This document shows, one piece after another, positions 48,201 through 63,200 of a stretch of 64,000 bases of DNA. The position numbers and the translations under genes were made by a program. The notes under the pieces are model-generated. The model did not search any database. It was not told the DNA's origin and saw only the letters and a program-made list of their open reading frames with translations. Source of the DNA: Schmidtea nova. Taxonomy: Eukaryota. How positions within the stretch are numbered: position 1 is the first letter of the stretch; every line of letters begins with the position of its first letter. Where the stretch lies: positions 29,636,001 through 29,700,000 of the forward strand of contig CM097884.1 of NCBI GenBank assembly GCA_044892505.1, given 5' to 3'.

Positions 48201-51200
48201 CAATTGAAGAAACCTGGAGTCAAGTTGGTGCAAAGGCAGTTGAAGTTGGTTCAGAATTCAGAAGCGTGATTGTAGAATGTTCAAGTGAATATACAATTAG
48301 TATGAGAGAAAGTCAGGTAGACCAAGCAATATCAACTGAAGAAGTCGGTGTAATGACAGTAGAATTAGTAGTGATAGATGAGTCATCGGTGTTTGAATTG
48401 AGGTGCTGCACAGTTGAATGTGAAACTGTAGAAATCGTAGAAGAAATAATTCCTTTAGAGGCAAAGGAAGAGGAATCAGAAAGATTGTTAATTGAGAATG
48501 AAAGTGTAAGCTGGGAGATTCCAATGCTAGATATTGCTACTACAACAGTTAAGCCGACATTAGAAGATATTAGCACAGAAAATGTAATTGAGCATGTTGA
48601 ATATAGTGGTGAATGGTGCCGAGAAATTAAGCATGAAAGTGAAATGTTTGAAACAGAGAAATCAGGTTACTCAACAACGATCGTATCATCAGATGAAGAC
48701 ATTAAATATTGCTCAGTTGAAATACAATTCGAAGAAACAAAGTCTCGCAACATAGAATCTGGCTACGAAATCAAGTCAACAATGAAAGAATGTTACAGCG
48801 AAACAGAGGTAAATAAAATGAATTCAGTTTTACAAAAAATGTCACTTAATCACTGCCTAAAATCTATTATGATGTCTTTAAAGATAAATACTGTTTTGAA
48901 ACCTTTATCATAATCTTTTATTTTAAATTCATATTTTAACATAGTTTATTTGTTAACCTCTTCATTGCATTATTATTTCTTAGATTTATTAATTTACAAA
49001 ATATTTCGAGTCATTTTTAGAACTGTTTTCTTGTGTTTAGATTAAATCTCAAAACATTGCAACTGAAACTGGAATAACAGAATTGATACATACGAGCTTG
49101 GAAAAAGATACAAAAGCTTCAAATAAGTTAACTGACTATAGAGCAGAGGCCATTGACATGAGCAGTGAATCATTCAAAGATAGTGAAATTGTAGAAATTT
49201 CTTTCGAAAAACTCAAAGACACAGCTGACTTCGGTAGTAGTGTAGAAAGTAAAATGATTGAAGTAGGAACAGAAACTTTCGGAGAAAAGCATAATGTATT
49301 CATCGATACGCTTACAAGTCATGAAGCTGAAATTAAATTCGAAGAAACATTGACTGAGTTCATGTGTGAGTCGGTAAATAGTGAAAGCAGTTTTGAATGC
49401 AAATCAATTGAAGAAACCTGGAGTCAAGTTGGTGCAAAGGCAGTTGAAGTTGGTTCAGAATTCAGAAGCGTGATTGTAGAATGTTCAAGTGAATATACAA
49501 TTAGTATGAGAGAAAGTCAGGTAGACCAAGCAATAGCAACTGAAGAAGTCGGTGTAATGACAGTAGAATTAGTAGTGATAGATGAGTCATCGGTGTTTGA
49601 ATTGAGGTGCTGCACAGTTGAATGTGAAACTGTAGAAATCGTAGAAGAAATAATTCCTTTAGAGGCAAAGGAAGAGGAATCAGAAAGATTGTTAATTGAG
49701 AATGAAAGTGTAAGCTGGGAGATTCCAATGCTAGATATTGCTACTACAACAGTTAAGCCGACATTAGAAGATATTAGCACAGAAAATGTAATTGAGCATG
49801 TTGAATATAGTGGTGAATGGTGCCGAGAAATTAAGCATGAAAGTGAAATGTTTGAAACAGAGAAATCAGGTTACTCAACAACGATCGTATCATCAGATGA
49901 AGACATTAAATATTGCTCAGTTGAAATACAATTCGAAGAAACAAAGTCTCGCAACATAGAATCTGGCTACGAAATCAAGTCAACAATGAAAGAATGTTAC
50001 AGCGAAACAGAGGTAAATAAAATGAATTCATTTTTACAAATAATGTCACTTAATCACTGCCTAAAATCTATTATGATGTCTTTAAAGATAAATACTGTTT
50101 TGAAACCTTTATCATAATCTTTTATTTTATAATCATATTTTAACATAGTTTATTTGTTAACCTCTTCATTGCATTATTATTTCTTAGATTTATTAATTTA
50201 CAAAATATTTCGAGTCATTTTTAGAACTGTTTTCTTGTGTTTAGATTAAATCTGAAAACATTGCAACTGAAACTGGAATAACAGAATTGATACATACGAG
50301 CTTGGAAAAAGATACAAAAGCTTCAAATAAGTTAACTGACTATAGAGCAGAGGCCATTGACATGAGCAGTGAATCATTCAAAGATAGTGAAATTGTAGAA
50401 GTTTCTTTCGAAAAACTCAAAGACACAGCTGACTTCGGTAGTAGTGTAGAAAGTAAAATGATTGAAGTAGGAACAGAAACTTTCGGAGAAAAGCATAATG
50501 TATTCATCGATACGCTTACAAGTCATGAAGCTGAAATTAAATTCGAAGAAACATTGACTGAGTTCATGTGTGAGTCGGTAAATAGTGAAAGCAGTTTTGA
50601 ATGCAAATCAATTGAAGAAACCTGGAGTCAAGTTGGTGCAAAGGCAGTTGAAGTTGGTTCAGAATTCAGAAGCGTGATTGTAGAATGTTCAAGTGAATAT
50701 ACAATTAGTATGAGAGAAAGTCAGGTAGACCAAGCAATAGCAACTGAAGAAGTCGGTGTAATGACAGTAGAATTAGTAGTGATAGATGAGTCATCGGTGT
50801 TTGAATTGAGGTGCTGCACAGTTGAATGTGAAACTGTAGAAATCGTAGAAGAAATAATTCCTTTAGAGGCAAAGGAAGAGGAATCAGAAAGATTGTTAAT
50901 TGAGAATGAAAGTGTAAGCTGGGAGATTCCAATGCTAGATATTGCTACTACAACAGTTAAGCCGACATTAGAAGATATTAGCACAGAAAATGTAATTGAG
51001 CATGTTGAATATAGTGGTGAATGGTGCCGAGAAATTAAGCATGAAAGTGAAATGTTTGAAACAGAGAAATCAGGTTACTCAACAACGATCGTATCATCAG
51101 ATGAAGACATTAAATATTGCTCAGTTGAAATACAATTCGAAGAAACAAAGTCTCGCAACATAGAATCTGGCTACGAAATCAAGTCAACAATGAAAGAATG

Positions 51201-54200
51201 TTACAGCGAAACAGAGGTAAATAAAATGAATTCATTTTTACAAATAATGTCACTTAATCACTGCCTAAAATCTATTATGATGTCTTTAAAGATAAATACT
51301 GTTTTGAAACCTTTATCATAATCTTTTATTTTAAATTCATATTTTAACATAGTTTATTTGTTAACCTCTTCATTGCATTATTATTTCTTAGATTTATTAA
51401 TTTACAAAATATTTCGAGTCATTTTTAGAACTGTTTTCTTGTGTTTAGATTAAATCTGAAAACATTGCAACTGAAACTGGAATAACAGAATTGATACATA
51501 CGAGCTTGGAAAAAGATACAAAAGCTTCAAATAAGTTAACTGACTATAGAGCAGAGGCCATTGACATGAGCAGTGAATCATTCAAAGATAGTGAAATTGT
51601 AGAAGTTTCTTTCGAAAAACTCAAAGACACAGCTGACTTCGGTAGTAGTGTAGAAAGTAAAATGATTGAAGTAGGAACAGAAACTTTCGGAGAAAAGCAT
51701 AATGTATTCATCGATACGCTTACAAGTCATGAAGCTGAAATTAAATTCGAAGAAACATTGACTGAGTTCATGTGTGAGTCGGTAAATAGTGAAAGCAGTT
51801 TTGAATGCAAATCAATTGAAGAAACCTGGAGTCAAGTTGGTGCAAAGGCAGTTGAAGTTGGTTCAGAATTCAGAAGCGTGATTGTAGAATGTTCAAGTGA
51901 ATATACAATTAGTATGAGAGAAAGTCAGGTAGACCAAGCAATAGCAACTGAAGAAGTCGGTGTAATGACAGTAGAATTAGTAGTGATAGATGAGTCATCG
52001 GTGTTTGAATTGAGGTGCTGCACAGTTGAATGTGAAACTGTAGAAATCGTAGAAGAAATAATTCCTTTAGAGGCAAAGGAAGAGGAATCAGAAAGAATGT
52101 TAATTGAGAATGAAAGTGTAAGCTGGGAGATTCCAATGCTAGATATTGCTACTACAACAGTTAAGCCGACATTAGAAGATATTAGCACAGAAAATGTAAT
52201 TGAGCATGTTGAATATAGTGGTGAATGGTGCCGAGAAATTAAGCATGAAAGTGAAATGTTTGAAACAGAGAAATCAGGTTACTCAACAACGATCATATCA
52301 TCAGATGAAGACATTAAATATTGCTCAGTTGAAATACAATTCGAAGAAACAAAGTCTCGCAACATAGAATCTGGCTACGAAATCAAGTCAACAATGAAAG
52401 AATGTTACAGCGAAACAGAGGTAAATAAAATGAATTCATTTTTACAAATAATGTCACTTAATCACTGCCTAAAATCTATTATGATGTCTTTAAAGATAAA
52501 TACTGTTTTGAAACCTTTATCATAATCTTTTATTTTAAATTCATATTTTAACATAGTTTATTTGTTAACCTCTTCATTGCATTATTATTTCTTAGATTTA
52601 TTAATTTACAAAATATTTCGAGTCATTTTTAGAACTGTTTTCTTGTGTTTAGATTAAATCTGAAAACATTGCAACTGAAACTGGAATAACAGAATTGATA
52701 CATACGAGCTTGGAAAAAGATACAAAAGCTTCAAATAAGTTAACTGACTATAGAGCAGAGGCCATTGACATGAGCAGTAAATCATTCAAAGATAGTGAAA
52801 TTGTAGAAATTTCTTTCGAAAAACTCAAAGACACAGCTGACTTCGGTAGTAGTGTAGAAAGTAAAATGATTGAAGTAGGAACAGAAACTTTCGGAGAAAA
52901 GCATAATGTATTCATCGATACGCTTACAAGTCATGAAGCTGAAATTAAATTCGAAGAAACATTGACTGAGTTCATGTGTGAGTCGGTAAATAGTGAAAGC
53001 AGTTTTGAATGCAAATCAATTGAAGAAACCTGGAGTCAAGTTGGTGCAAAGGCAGTTGAAGTTGGTTCAGAATTCAGAAGCGTGATTGTAGAATGTTCAA
53101 GTGAATATACAATTAGTATGAGAGAAAGTCAGGTAGACCAAGCAATAGCAACTGAAGAAGTCGGTGTAATGACAGTAGAATTAGTAGTGATAGATGAGTC
53201 ATCGGTGTTTGAATTGAGGTGCTGCACAGTTGAATGTGAAACTGTAGAAATCGTAGAAGAAATAATTCCTTTAGAGGCAAAGGAAGAGGAATCAGAAAGA
53301 TTGTTAATTGAGAATGAAAGTGTAAGCTGGGAGATTCCAATGCTAGATATTGCTACTACAACAGTTAAGCCGACATTAGAAGATATTAGCACAGAAAATG
53401 TAATTGAGCATGTTGAATATAGTGGTGAATGGTGCCGAGAAATTAAGCATGAAAGTGAAATGTTTGAAACAGAGAAATCAGGTTACTCAACAACGATCGT
53501 ATCATCAGATGAAGACATTAAATATTGCTCAGTTGAAATACAATTCGAAGAAACAAAGTCTCGCAACATAGAATCTGGCTACGAAATCAAGTCAACAATG
53601 AAAGAATGTTACAGCGAAACAGAGGTAAATAAAATGAATTCAGTTTTACAAAAAATGTCACTTAATCACTGCCTAAAATCTATTATGATGTCTTTAAAGA
53701 TAAATACTGTTTTGAAACCTTTATCATAATCTTTTATTTTAAATTCATATTTTAACATAGTTTATTTGTTAACCTCTTCATTGCATTATTATTTCTTAGA
53801 TTTATTAATTTACAAAATATTTCGAGTCATTTTTAGAACTGTTTTCTTGTGTTTAGATTAAATCTGAAAACATTGCAACTGAAACTGGAATAACAGAATT
53901 GATACATACGAGCTTGGAAAAAGATACAAAAGCTTCAAATAAGTTAACTGACTATAGAGCAGAGGCCATTGACATGAGCAGTGAATCATTCAAAGATAGT
54001 GAAATTGTAGAAGTTTCTTTCGAAAAACTCAAAGACACAGCTGACTTCGGTAGTAGTGTAGAAAGTAAAATGATTGAAGTAGGAACAGAAACTTTCGGAG
54101 AAAAGCATAATGTATTCATCGATACGCTTACAAGTCATGAAGCTGAAATTAAATTCGAAGAAACATTGACTGAGTTCATGTGTGAGTCGGTAAATAGTGA

Positions 54201-57200
54201 AAGCAGTTTTGAATGCAAATCAATTGAAGAAACCTGGAGTCAAGTTGGTGCAAAGGCAGTTGAAGTTGGTTCAGAATTCAGAAGCGTGATTGTAGAATGT
54301 TCAAGTGAATATACAATTAGTATGAGAGAAAGTCAGGTAGACCAAGCAATAGCAACTGAAGAAGTCGGTGTAATGACAGTAGAATTAGTAGTGATAGATG
54401 AGTCATCGGTGTTTGAATTGAGGTGCTGCACAGTTGAATGTGAAACTGTAGAAATCGTAGAAGAAATAATTCCTTTAGAGGCAAAGGAAGAGGAATCAGA
54501 AAGATTGTTAATTGAGAATGAAAGTGTAAGCTGGGAGATTCCAATGCTAGATATTGCTACTACAACAGTTAAGCCGACATTAGAAGATATTAGCACAGAA
54601 AAAGTTATTGAGCATGTTGAATATAGTGGTGAATGGTGCCGAGAAATTAAGCATGAAAGTGAAATGTTTGAAACAGAGAAATCAGGTTACTCAACAACGA
54701 TCGTATCATCAGATGAAGACATTAAATATTGCTCAGTTGAAATACAATTCGAAGAAACAAAGTCTCGCAACATAGAATCTGGCTACGAAATCAAGTCAAC
54801 AATGAAAGAATGTTACAGCGAAACAGAGGTAAATAAAATGAATTCAGTTTTACAAAAAATGTCACTTAATCACTGCCTAAAATCTATTATGATGTCTTTA
54901 AAGATAAATACTGTTTTGAAACCTTTATCATAATCTTTTATTTTAAATTCATATTTTAACATAGTTTATTTGTTAACCTCTTCATTGCATTATTATTTCT
55001 TAGATTTATTAATTTACAAAATATTTCGAGTCATTTTTAGAACTGTTTTCTTGTGTTTAGATTAAATCTGAAAACATTGCAACTGAAACTGGAATAACAG
55101 AATTGATACATACGAGCTTGGAAAAAGATACAAAAGCTTCAAATAAGTTAACTGACTATAGAGCAGAGGCCATTGACATGAGCAGTGAATCATTCAAAGA
55201 TAGTGAAATTGTAGAAGTTTCTTTCGAAAAACTCAAAGACACAGCTGACTTCGGTAGTAGTGTAGAAAGTAAAATGATTGAAGTAGGAACAGAAACTTTC
55301 GGAGAAAAGCATAATGTATTCATCGATACGCTTACAAGTCATGAAGCTGAAATTAAATTCGAAGAAACATTGACTGAGTTCATGTGTGAGTCGGTAAATA
55401 GTGAAAGCAGTTTTGAATGCAAATCAATTGAAGAAACCTGGAGTCAAGTTGGTGCAAAGGCAGTTGAAGTTGGTTCAGAATTCAGAAGCGTGATTGTAGA
55501 ATGTTCAAGTGAATATACAATTAGTATGAGAGAAAGTCAGGTAGACCAAGCAATAGCAACTGAAGAAGTCGGTGTAATGACAGTAGAATTAGTAGTGATA
55601 GATGAGTCATCGGTGTTTGAATTGAGGTGCTGCACAGTTGAATGTGAAACTGTAGAAATCGTAGAAGAAATAATTCCTTTAGAGGCAAAGGAAGAGGAAT
55701 CAGAAAGATTGTTAATTGAGAATGAAAGTGTAAGCTGGGAGATTCCAATGCTAGATATTGCTACTACAACAGTTAAGCCGACATTAGAAGATATTAGCAC
55801 AGAAAATGTAATTGAGCATGTTGAATATAGTGGTGAATGGTGCCGAGAAATTAAGCATGAAAGTGAAATGTTTGAAACAGAGAAATCAGGTTACTCAACA
55901 ACGATCGTATCATCAGATGAAGACATTAAATATTGCTCAGTTGAAATACAATTCGAAGAAACAAAGTCTCGCAACATAGAATCTGGCTACGAAATCAAGT
56001 CAACAATGAAAGAATGTTACAGCGAAACAGAGGTAAATAAAATGAATTCAGTTTTACAAAAAATGTCACTTAATCACTGCCTAAAATCTATTATGATGTC
56101 TTTAAAGATAAATACTGTTTTGAAACCTTTATCATAATCTTTTATTTTAAATTCATATTTTAACATAGTTTATTTGTTAACCTCTTCATTGCATTATTAT
56201 TTCTTAGATTTATTAATTTACAAAATATTTCGAGTCATTTTTAGAACTGTTTTCTTGTGTTTAGATTAAATCTGAAAACATTGCAACTGAAACTGGAATA
56301 ACAGAATTGATACATACGAGCTTGGAAAAAGATACAAAAGCTTCAAATAAGTTAACTGACTATAGAGCAGAGGCCATTGACATGAGCAGTGAATCATTCA
56401 AAGATAGTGAAATTGTAGAAGTTTCTTTCGAAAAACTCAAAGACACAGCTGACTTCGGTAGTAGTGTAGAAAGTAAAATGATTGAAGTAGGAACAGAAAC
56501 TTTCGGAGAAAAGCATAATGTATTCATCGATACGCTTACAAGTCATGAAGCTGAAATTAAATTCGAAGAAACATTGACTGAGTTCATGTGTGAGTCGGTA
56601 AATAGTGAAAGCAGTTTTGAATGCAAATCAATTGAAGAAACCTGGAGTCAAGTTGGTGCAAAGGCAGTTGAAGTTGGTACAGAATTCAGAAGCGTGATTG
56701 TAGAATGTTCAAGTGAATATACAATTAGTATGAGAGAAAGTCAGGTAGACCAAGCAATAGCAACTGAAGAAGTCGGTGTAATGACAGTAGAATTAGTAGT
56801 GATAGATGAGTCATCGGTGTTTGAATTGAGGTGCTGCACAGTTGAATGTGAAACTGTAGAAATCGTAGAAGAAATAATTCCTTTAGAGGCAAAGGAAGAG
56901 GAATCAGAAAGATTGTTAATTGAGAATGAAAGTGTAAGCTGGGAGATTCCAATGCTAGATATTGCTACTACAACAGTTAAGCCGACATTAGAAGATATTA
57001 GCACAGAAAATGTAATTGAGCATGTTGAATATAGTGGTGAATGGTGCCGAGAAATTAAGCATGAAAGTGAAATGTTTGAAACAGAGAAATCAGGTTACTC
57101 AACAACGATCGTATCATCAGATGAAGACATTAAATATTGCTCAGTTGAAATACAATTCGAAGAAACAAAGTCTCGCAACATAGAATCTGGCTACGAAATC

Positions 57201-60200
57201 AAGTCAACAATGAAAGAATGTTACAGCGAAACAGAGGTAAATAAAATGAATTCAGTTTTACAAAAAATGTCACTTAATCACTGCCTAAAATCTATTATGA
57301 TGTCTTTAAAGATAAATACTGTTTTGAAACCTTTATCATAATCTTTTATTTTAAATTCATATTTTAACATAGTTTATTTGTTAACCTCTTCATTGCATTA
57401 TTATTTCTTAGATTTATTAATTTACAAAATATTTCGAGTCATTTTTAGAACTGTTTTCTTGTGTTTAGATTAAATCTGAAAACATTGCAACTGAAACTGG
57501 AATAACAGAATTGATACATACGAGCTTGGAAAAAGATACAAAAGCTTCAAATAAGTTAACTGACTATAGAGCAGAGGCCATTGACATGAGCAGTGAATCA
57601 TTCAAAGATAGTGAAATTGTAGAAGTTTCTTTCGAAAAACTCAAAGACACAGCTGACTTCGGTAGTAGTGTAGAAAGTAAAATGATTGAAGTAGGAACAG
57701 AAACTTTCGGAGAAAAGCATAATGTATTCATCGATACGCTTACAAGTCATGAAGCTGAAATTAAATTCGAAGAAACATTGACTGAGTTCATGTGTGAGTC
57801 GGTAAATAGTGAAAGCAGTTTTGAATGCAAATCAATTGAAGAAACCTGGAGTCAAGTTGGTGCAAAGGCAGTTGAAGTTGGTTCAGAATTCAGAAGCGTG
57901 ATTGTAGAATGTTCAAGTGAATATACAATTAGTATGAGAGAAAGTCAGGTAGACCAAGCAATAGCAACTGAAGACGTCGGTGTAATGACAGTAGAATTAG
58001 TAGTGATAGATGAGTCATCGGTGTTTGAATTGAGGTGCTGCACAGTTGAATGTGAAACTGTAGAAATTGTAGAAGAAATAATTCCTTTAGAGGCAAAGGA
58101 AGAGGAATCAGAAAGATTGTTAATTGAGAATGAAAGTGTAAGCTGGGAGATTCCAATGCTAGATATTGCTACTACAACAGTTAAGCCGACATTAGAAGAT
58201 ATTACCACAGAAAAAGTTATTGAGCATGTTGAATATAGTGGTGAATGGTGCCGAGAAATTAAGCATGAAAGTGAAATGTTTGAAACAGAGAAATCAGGTT
58301 ACTCAACAACGATCGTATCATCAGATGAAGACATTAAATATTGCTCAGTTGAAATACAATTCGAAGAAACAAAGTCTCGCAACATAGAATCTGGCTACGA
58401 AATCAAGTCAACAATGAAAGAATGTTACAGCGAAACAGAGGTAAATAAAATGAATTCAGTTTTACAAAAAATGTCACTTAATCACTGCCTAAAATCTATT
58501 ATGATGTCTTTAAAGATAAATACTGTTTTGAAACCTTTATCATAATCTTTTATTTTAAATTCATATTTTAACATAGTTTATTTGTTAACCTCTTCATTGC
58601 ATTATTATTTCTTAGATTTATTAATTTACAAAATATTTCGAGTCATTTTTAGAACTGTTTTCTTGTGTTTAGATTAAATCTGAAAACATTGCAACTGAAA
58701 CTGGAATAACAGAATTGATACATACGAGCTTGGAAAAAGATACAAAAGCTTCAAATAAGTTAACTGACTATAGAGCAGAGGCCATTGACATGAGCAGTGA
58801 ATCATTCAAAGATAGTGAAATTGTAGAAGTTTCTTTCGAAAAACTCAAAGACACAGCTGACTTCGGTAGTAGTGTAGAAAGTAAAATGATTGAAGTAGGA
58901 ACAGAAACTTTCGGAGAAAAGCATAATGTATTCATCGATACGCTTACAAGTCATGAAGCTGAAATTAAATTCGAAGAAACATTGACTGAGTTCATGTGTG
59001 AGTCGGTAAATAGTGAAAGCAGTTTTGAATGCAAATCAATTGAAGAAACCTGGAGTCAAGTTGGTGCAAAGGCAGTTGAAGTTGGTTCAGAATTCAGAAG
59101 CGTGATTGTAGAATGTTCAAGTGAATATACAATTAGTATGAGAGAAAGTCAGGTAGACCAAGCAATAGCAACTGAAGAAGTCGGTGTAATGACAGTAGAA
59201 TTAGTAGTGATAGATGAGTCATCGGTGTTTGAATTGAGGTGCTGCACAGTTGAATGTGAAACTGTAGAAATCGTAGAAGAAATAATTCCTTTAGAGGCAA
59301 AGGAAGAGGAATCAGAAAGATTGTTAATTGAGAATGAAAGTGTAAGCTGGGAGATTCCAATGCTAGATATTGCTACTACAACAGTTAAGCCGACATTAGA
59401 AGATATTAGCACAGAAAATGTAATTGAGCATGTTGAATATAGTGGTGAATGGTGCCGAGAAATTAAGCATGAAAGTGAAATGTTTGAAACAGAGAAATCA
59501 GGTTACTCAACAACGATCGTATCATCAGATGAAGACATTAAATATTGCTCAGTTGAAATACAATTCGAAGAAACAAAGTCTCGCAACATAGAATCTGGCT
59601 ACGAAATCAAGTCAACAATGAAAGAATGTTACAGCGAAACAGAGGTAAATAAAATGAATTCATTTTTACAAATAATGTCACTTAATCACTGCCTAAAATC
59701 TATTATGATGTCTTTAAAGATAAATACTGTTTTGAAACCTTTATCATAATCTTTTATTTTAAATTCATATTTTAACATAGTTTATTTGTTAACCTCTTCA
59801 TTGCATTATTATTTCTTAGATTTATTAATTTACAAAATATTTCGAGTCATTTTTAGAACTGTTTTCTTGTGTTTAGATTAAATCTGAAAACATTGCAACT
59901 GAAACTGGAATAACAGAATTGATACATACGAGCTTGGAAAAAGATACAAAAGCTTCAAATAAGTTAACTGACTATAGAGCAGAGGCCATTGACATGAGCA
60001 GTGAATCATTCAAAGATAGTGAAATTGTAGAAGTTTCTTTCGAAAAACTCAAAGACACAGCTGACTTCGGTAGTAGTGTAGAAAGTAAAATGATTGAAGT
60101 AGGAACAGAAACTTTCGGAGAAAAGCATAATGTATTCATCGATACGCTTACAAGTCATGAAGCTGAAATTAAATTCGAAGAAACATTGACTGAGTTCATG

Positions 60201-63200
60201 TGTGAGTCGGTAAATAGTGAAAGCAGTTTTGAATGCAAATCAATTGAAGAAACCTGGAGTCAAGTTGGTGCAAAGGCAGTTGAAGTTGGTTCAGAATTCA
60301 GAAGCGTGATTGTAGAATGTTCAAGTGAATATACAATTAGTATGAGAGAAAGTCAGGTAGACCAAGCAATAGCAACTGAAGACGTCGGTGTAATGACAGT
60401 AGAATTAGTAGTGATAGATGAGTCATTGGTGTTTGAATTGAGGTGCTGCACAGTTGAATGTGAAACTGTAGAAATTGTAGAAGAAATAATTCCTTTAGAG
60501 GCAAAGGAAGAGGAATCAGAAAGATTGTTAATTGAGAATGAAAGTGTAAGCTGGGAGATTCCAATGCTAGATATTGCTACTACAACAGTTAAGCCGACAT
60601 TAGAAGATATTACCACAGAAAAAGTTATTGAGCATGTTGAATATAGTGGTGAATGGTGCCGAGAAATTAAGCATGAAAGTGAAATGTTTGAAACAGAGAA
60701 ATCAGGTTACTCAACAACGATCGTATCATCAGATGAAGACATTAAATATTGCTCAGTTGAAATACAATTCGAAGAAACAAAGTCTCGCAACATAGAATCT
60801 GGCTACGAAATCAAGTCAACAATGAAAGAATGTTACAGCGAAACAGAGGTAAATAAAATGAATTCAGTTTTACAAAAAATGTCACTTAATCACTGCCTAA
60901 AATCTATTATGATGTCTTTAAAGATAAATACTGTTTTGAAACCTTTATCATAATCTTTTATTTTAAATTCATATTTTAACATAGTTTATTTGTTAACCTC
61001 TTCATTGCATTATTATTTCTTAGATTTATTAATTTACAAAATATTTCGAGTCATTTTTAGAACTGTTTTCTTGTGTTTAGATTAAATCTGAAAACATTGC
61101 AACTGAAACTGGAATAACAGAATTGATACATACGAGCTTGGAAAAAGATACAAAAGCTTCAAATAAGTTAACTGACTATAGAGCAGAGGCCATTGACATG
61201 AGCAGTGAATCATTCAAAGATAGTGAAATTGTAGAAGTTTCTTTCGAAAAACTCAAAGACACAGCTGACTTCGGTAGTAGTGTAGAAAGTAAAATGATTG
61301 AAGTAGGAACAGAAACTTTCGGAGAAAAGCATAATGTATTCATCGATACGCTTACAAGTCATGAAGCTGAAATTAAATTCGAAGAAACATTGACTGAGTT
61401 CATGTGTGAGTCGGTAAATAGTGAAAGCAGTTTTGAATGCAAATCAATTGAAGAAACCTGGAGTCAAGTTGGTGCAAAGGCAGTTGAAGTTGGTTCAGAA
61501 TTCAGAAGCGTGATTGTAGAATGTTCAAGTGAATATACAATTAGTATGAGAGAAAGTCAGGTAGACCAAGCAATAGCAACTGAAGAAGTCGGTGTAATGA
61601 CAGTAGAATTAGTAGTGATAGATGAGTCATCGGTGTTTGAATTGAGGTGCTGCACAGTTGAATGTGAAACTGTAGAAATCGTAGAAGAAATAATTCCTTT
61701 AGAGGCAAAGGAAGAGGAATCAGAAAGATTGTTAATTGAGAATGAAAGTGTAAGCTGGGAGATTCCAATGCTAGATATTGCTACTACAACAGTTAAGCCG
61801 ACATTAGAAGATATTAGCACAGAAAATGTAATTGAGCATGTTGAATATAGTGGTGAATGGTGCCGAGAAATTAAGCATGAAAGTGAAATGTTTGAAACAG
61901 AGAAATCAGGTTACTCAACAACGATCGTATCATCAGATGAAGACATTAAATATTGCTCAGTTGAAATACAATTCGAAGAAACAAAGTCTCGCAACATAGA
62001 ATCTGGCTACGAAATCAAGTCAACAATGAAAGAATGTTACAGCGAAACAGAGGTAAATAAAATGAATTCATTTTTACAAATAATGTCACTTAATCACTGC
62101 CTAAAATCTATTATGATGTCTTTAAAGATAAATACTGTTTTGAAACCTTTATCATAATCTTTTATTTTAAATTCATATTTTAACATAGTTTATTTGTTAA
62201 CCTCTTCATTGCATTATTATTTCTTAGATTTATTAATTTACAAAATATTTCGAGTCATTTTTAGAACTGTTTTCTTGTGTTTAGATTAAATCTGAAAACA
62301 TTGCAACTGAAACTGGAATAACAGAATTGATACATACGAGCTTGGAAAAAGATACAAAAGCTTCAAATAAGTTAACTGACTATAGAGCAGAGGCCATTGA
62401 CATGAGCAGTGAATCATTCAAAGATAGTGAAATTGTAGAAGTTTCTTTCGAAAAACTCAAAGACACAGCTGACTTCGGTAGTAGTGTAGAAAGTAAAATG
62501 ATTGAAGTAGGAACAGAAACTTTCGGAGAAAAGCATAATGTATTCATCGATACGCTTACAAGTCATGAAGCTGAAATTAAATTCGAAGAAACATTGACTG
62601 AGTTCATGTGTGAGTCGGTAAATAGTGAAAGCAGTTTTGAATGCAAATCAATTGAAGAAACCTGGAGTCAAGTTGGTGCAAAGGCAGTTGAAGTTGGTTC
62701 AGAATTCAGAAGCGTGATTGTAGAATGTTCAAGTGAATATACAATTAGTATGAGAGAAAGTCAGGTAGACCAAGCAATAGCAACTGAAGAAGTCGGTGTA
62801 ATGACAGTAGAATTAGTAGTGATAGATGAGTCATCGGTGTTTGAATTGAGGTGCTGCACAGTTGAATGTGAAACTGTAGAAATCGTAGAAGAAATAATTC
62901 CTTTAGAGGCAAAGGAAGAGGAATCAGAAAGATTGTTAATTGAGAATGAAAGTGTAAGCTGGGAGATTCCAATGCTAGATATTGCTACTACAACAGTTAA
63001 GCCGACATTAGAAGATATTAGCACAGAAAATGTAATTGAGCATGTTGAATATAGTGGTGAATGGTGCCGAGAAATTAAGCATGAAAGTGAAATGTTTGAA
63101 ACAGAGAAATCAGGTTACTCAACAACGATCGTATCATCAGATGAAGACATTAAATATTGCTCAGTTGAAATACAATTCGAAGAAACAAAGTCTCGCAACA

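Noticed and set aside
30237-63024. Repeated minus-strand 75-aa and 87-aa ORFs (and 85/62-aa ORFs in the A array)
   Set aside because: Antisense shadows of the Glu/Val-rich plus-strand exon, repeated only because the unit is repeated. No independent signals.
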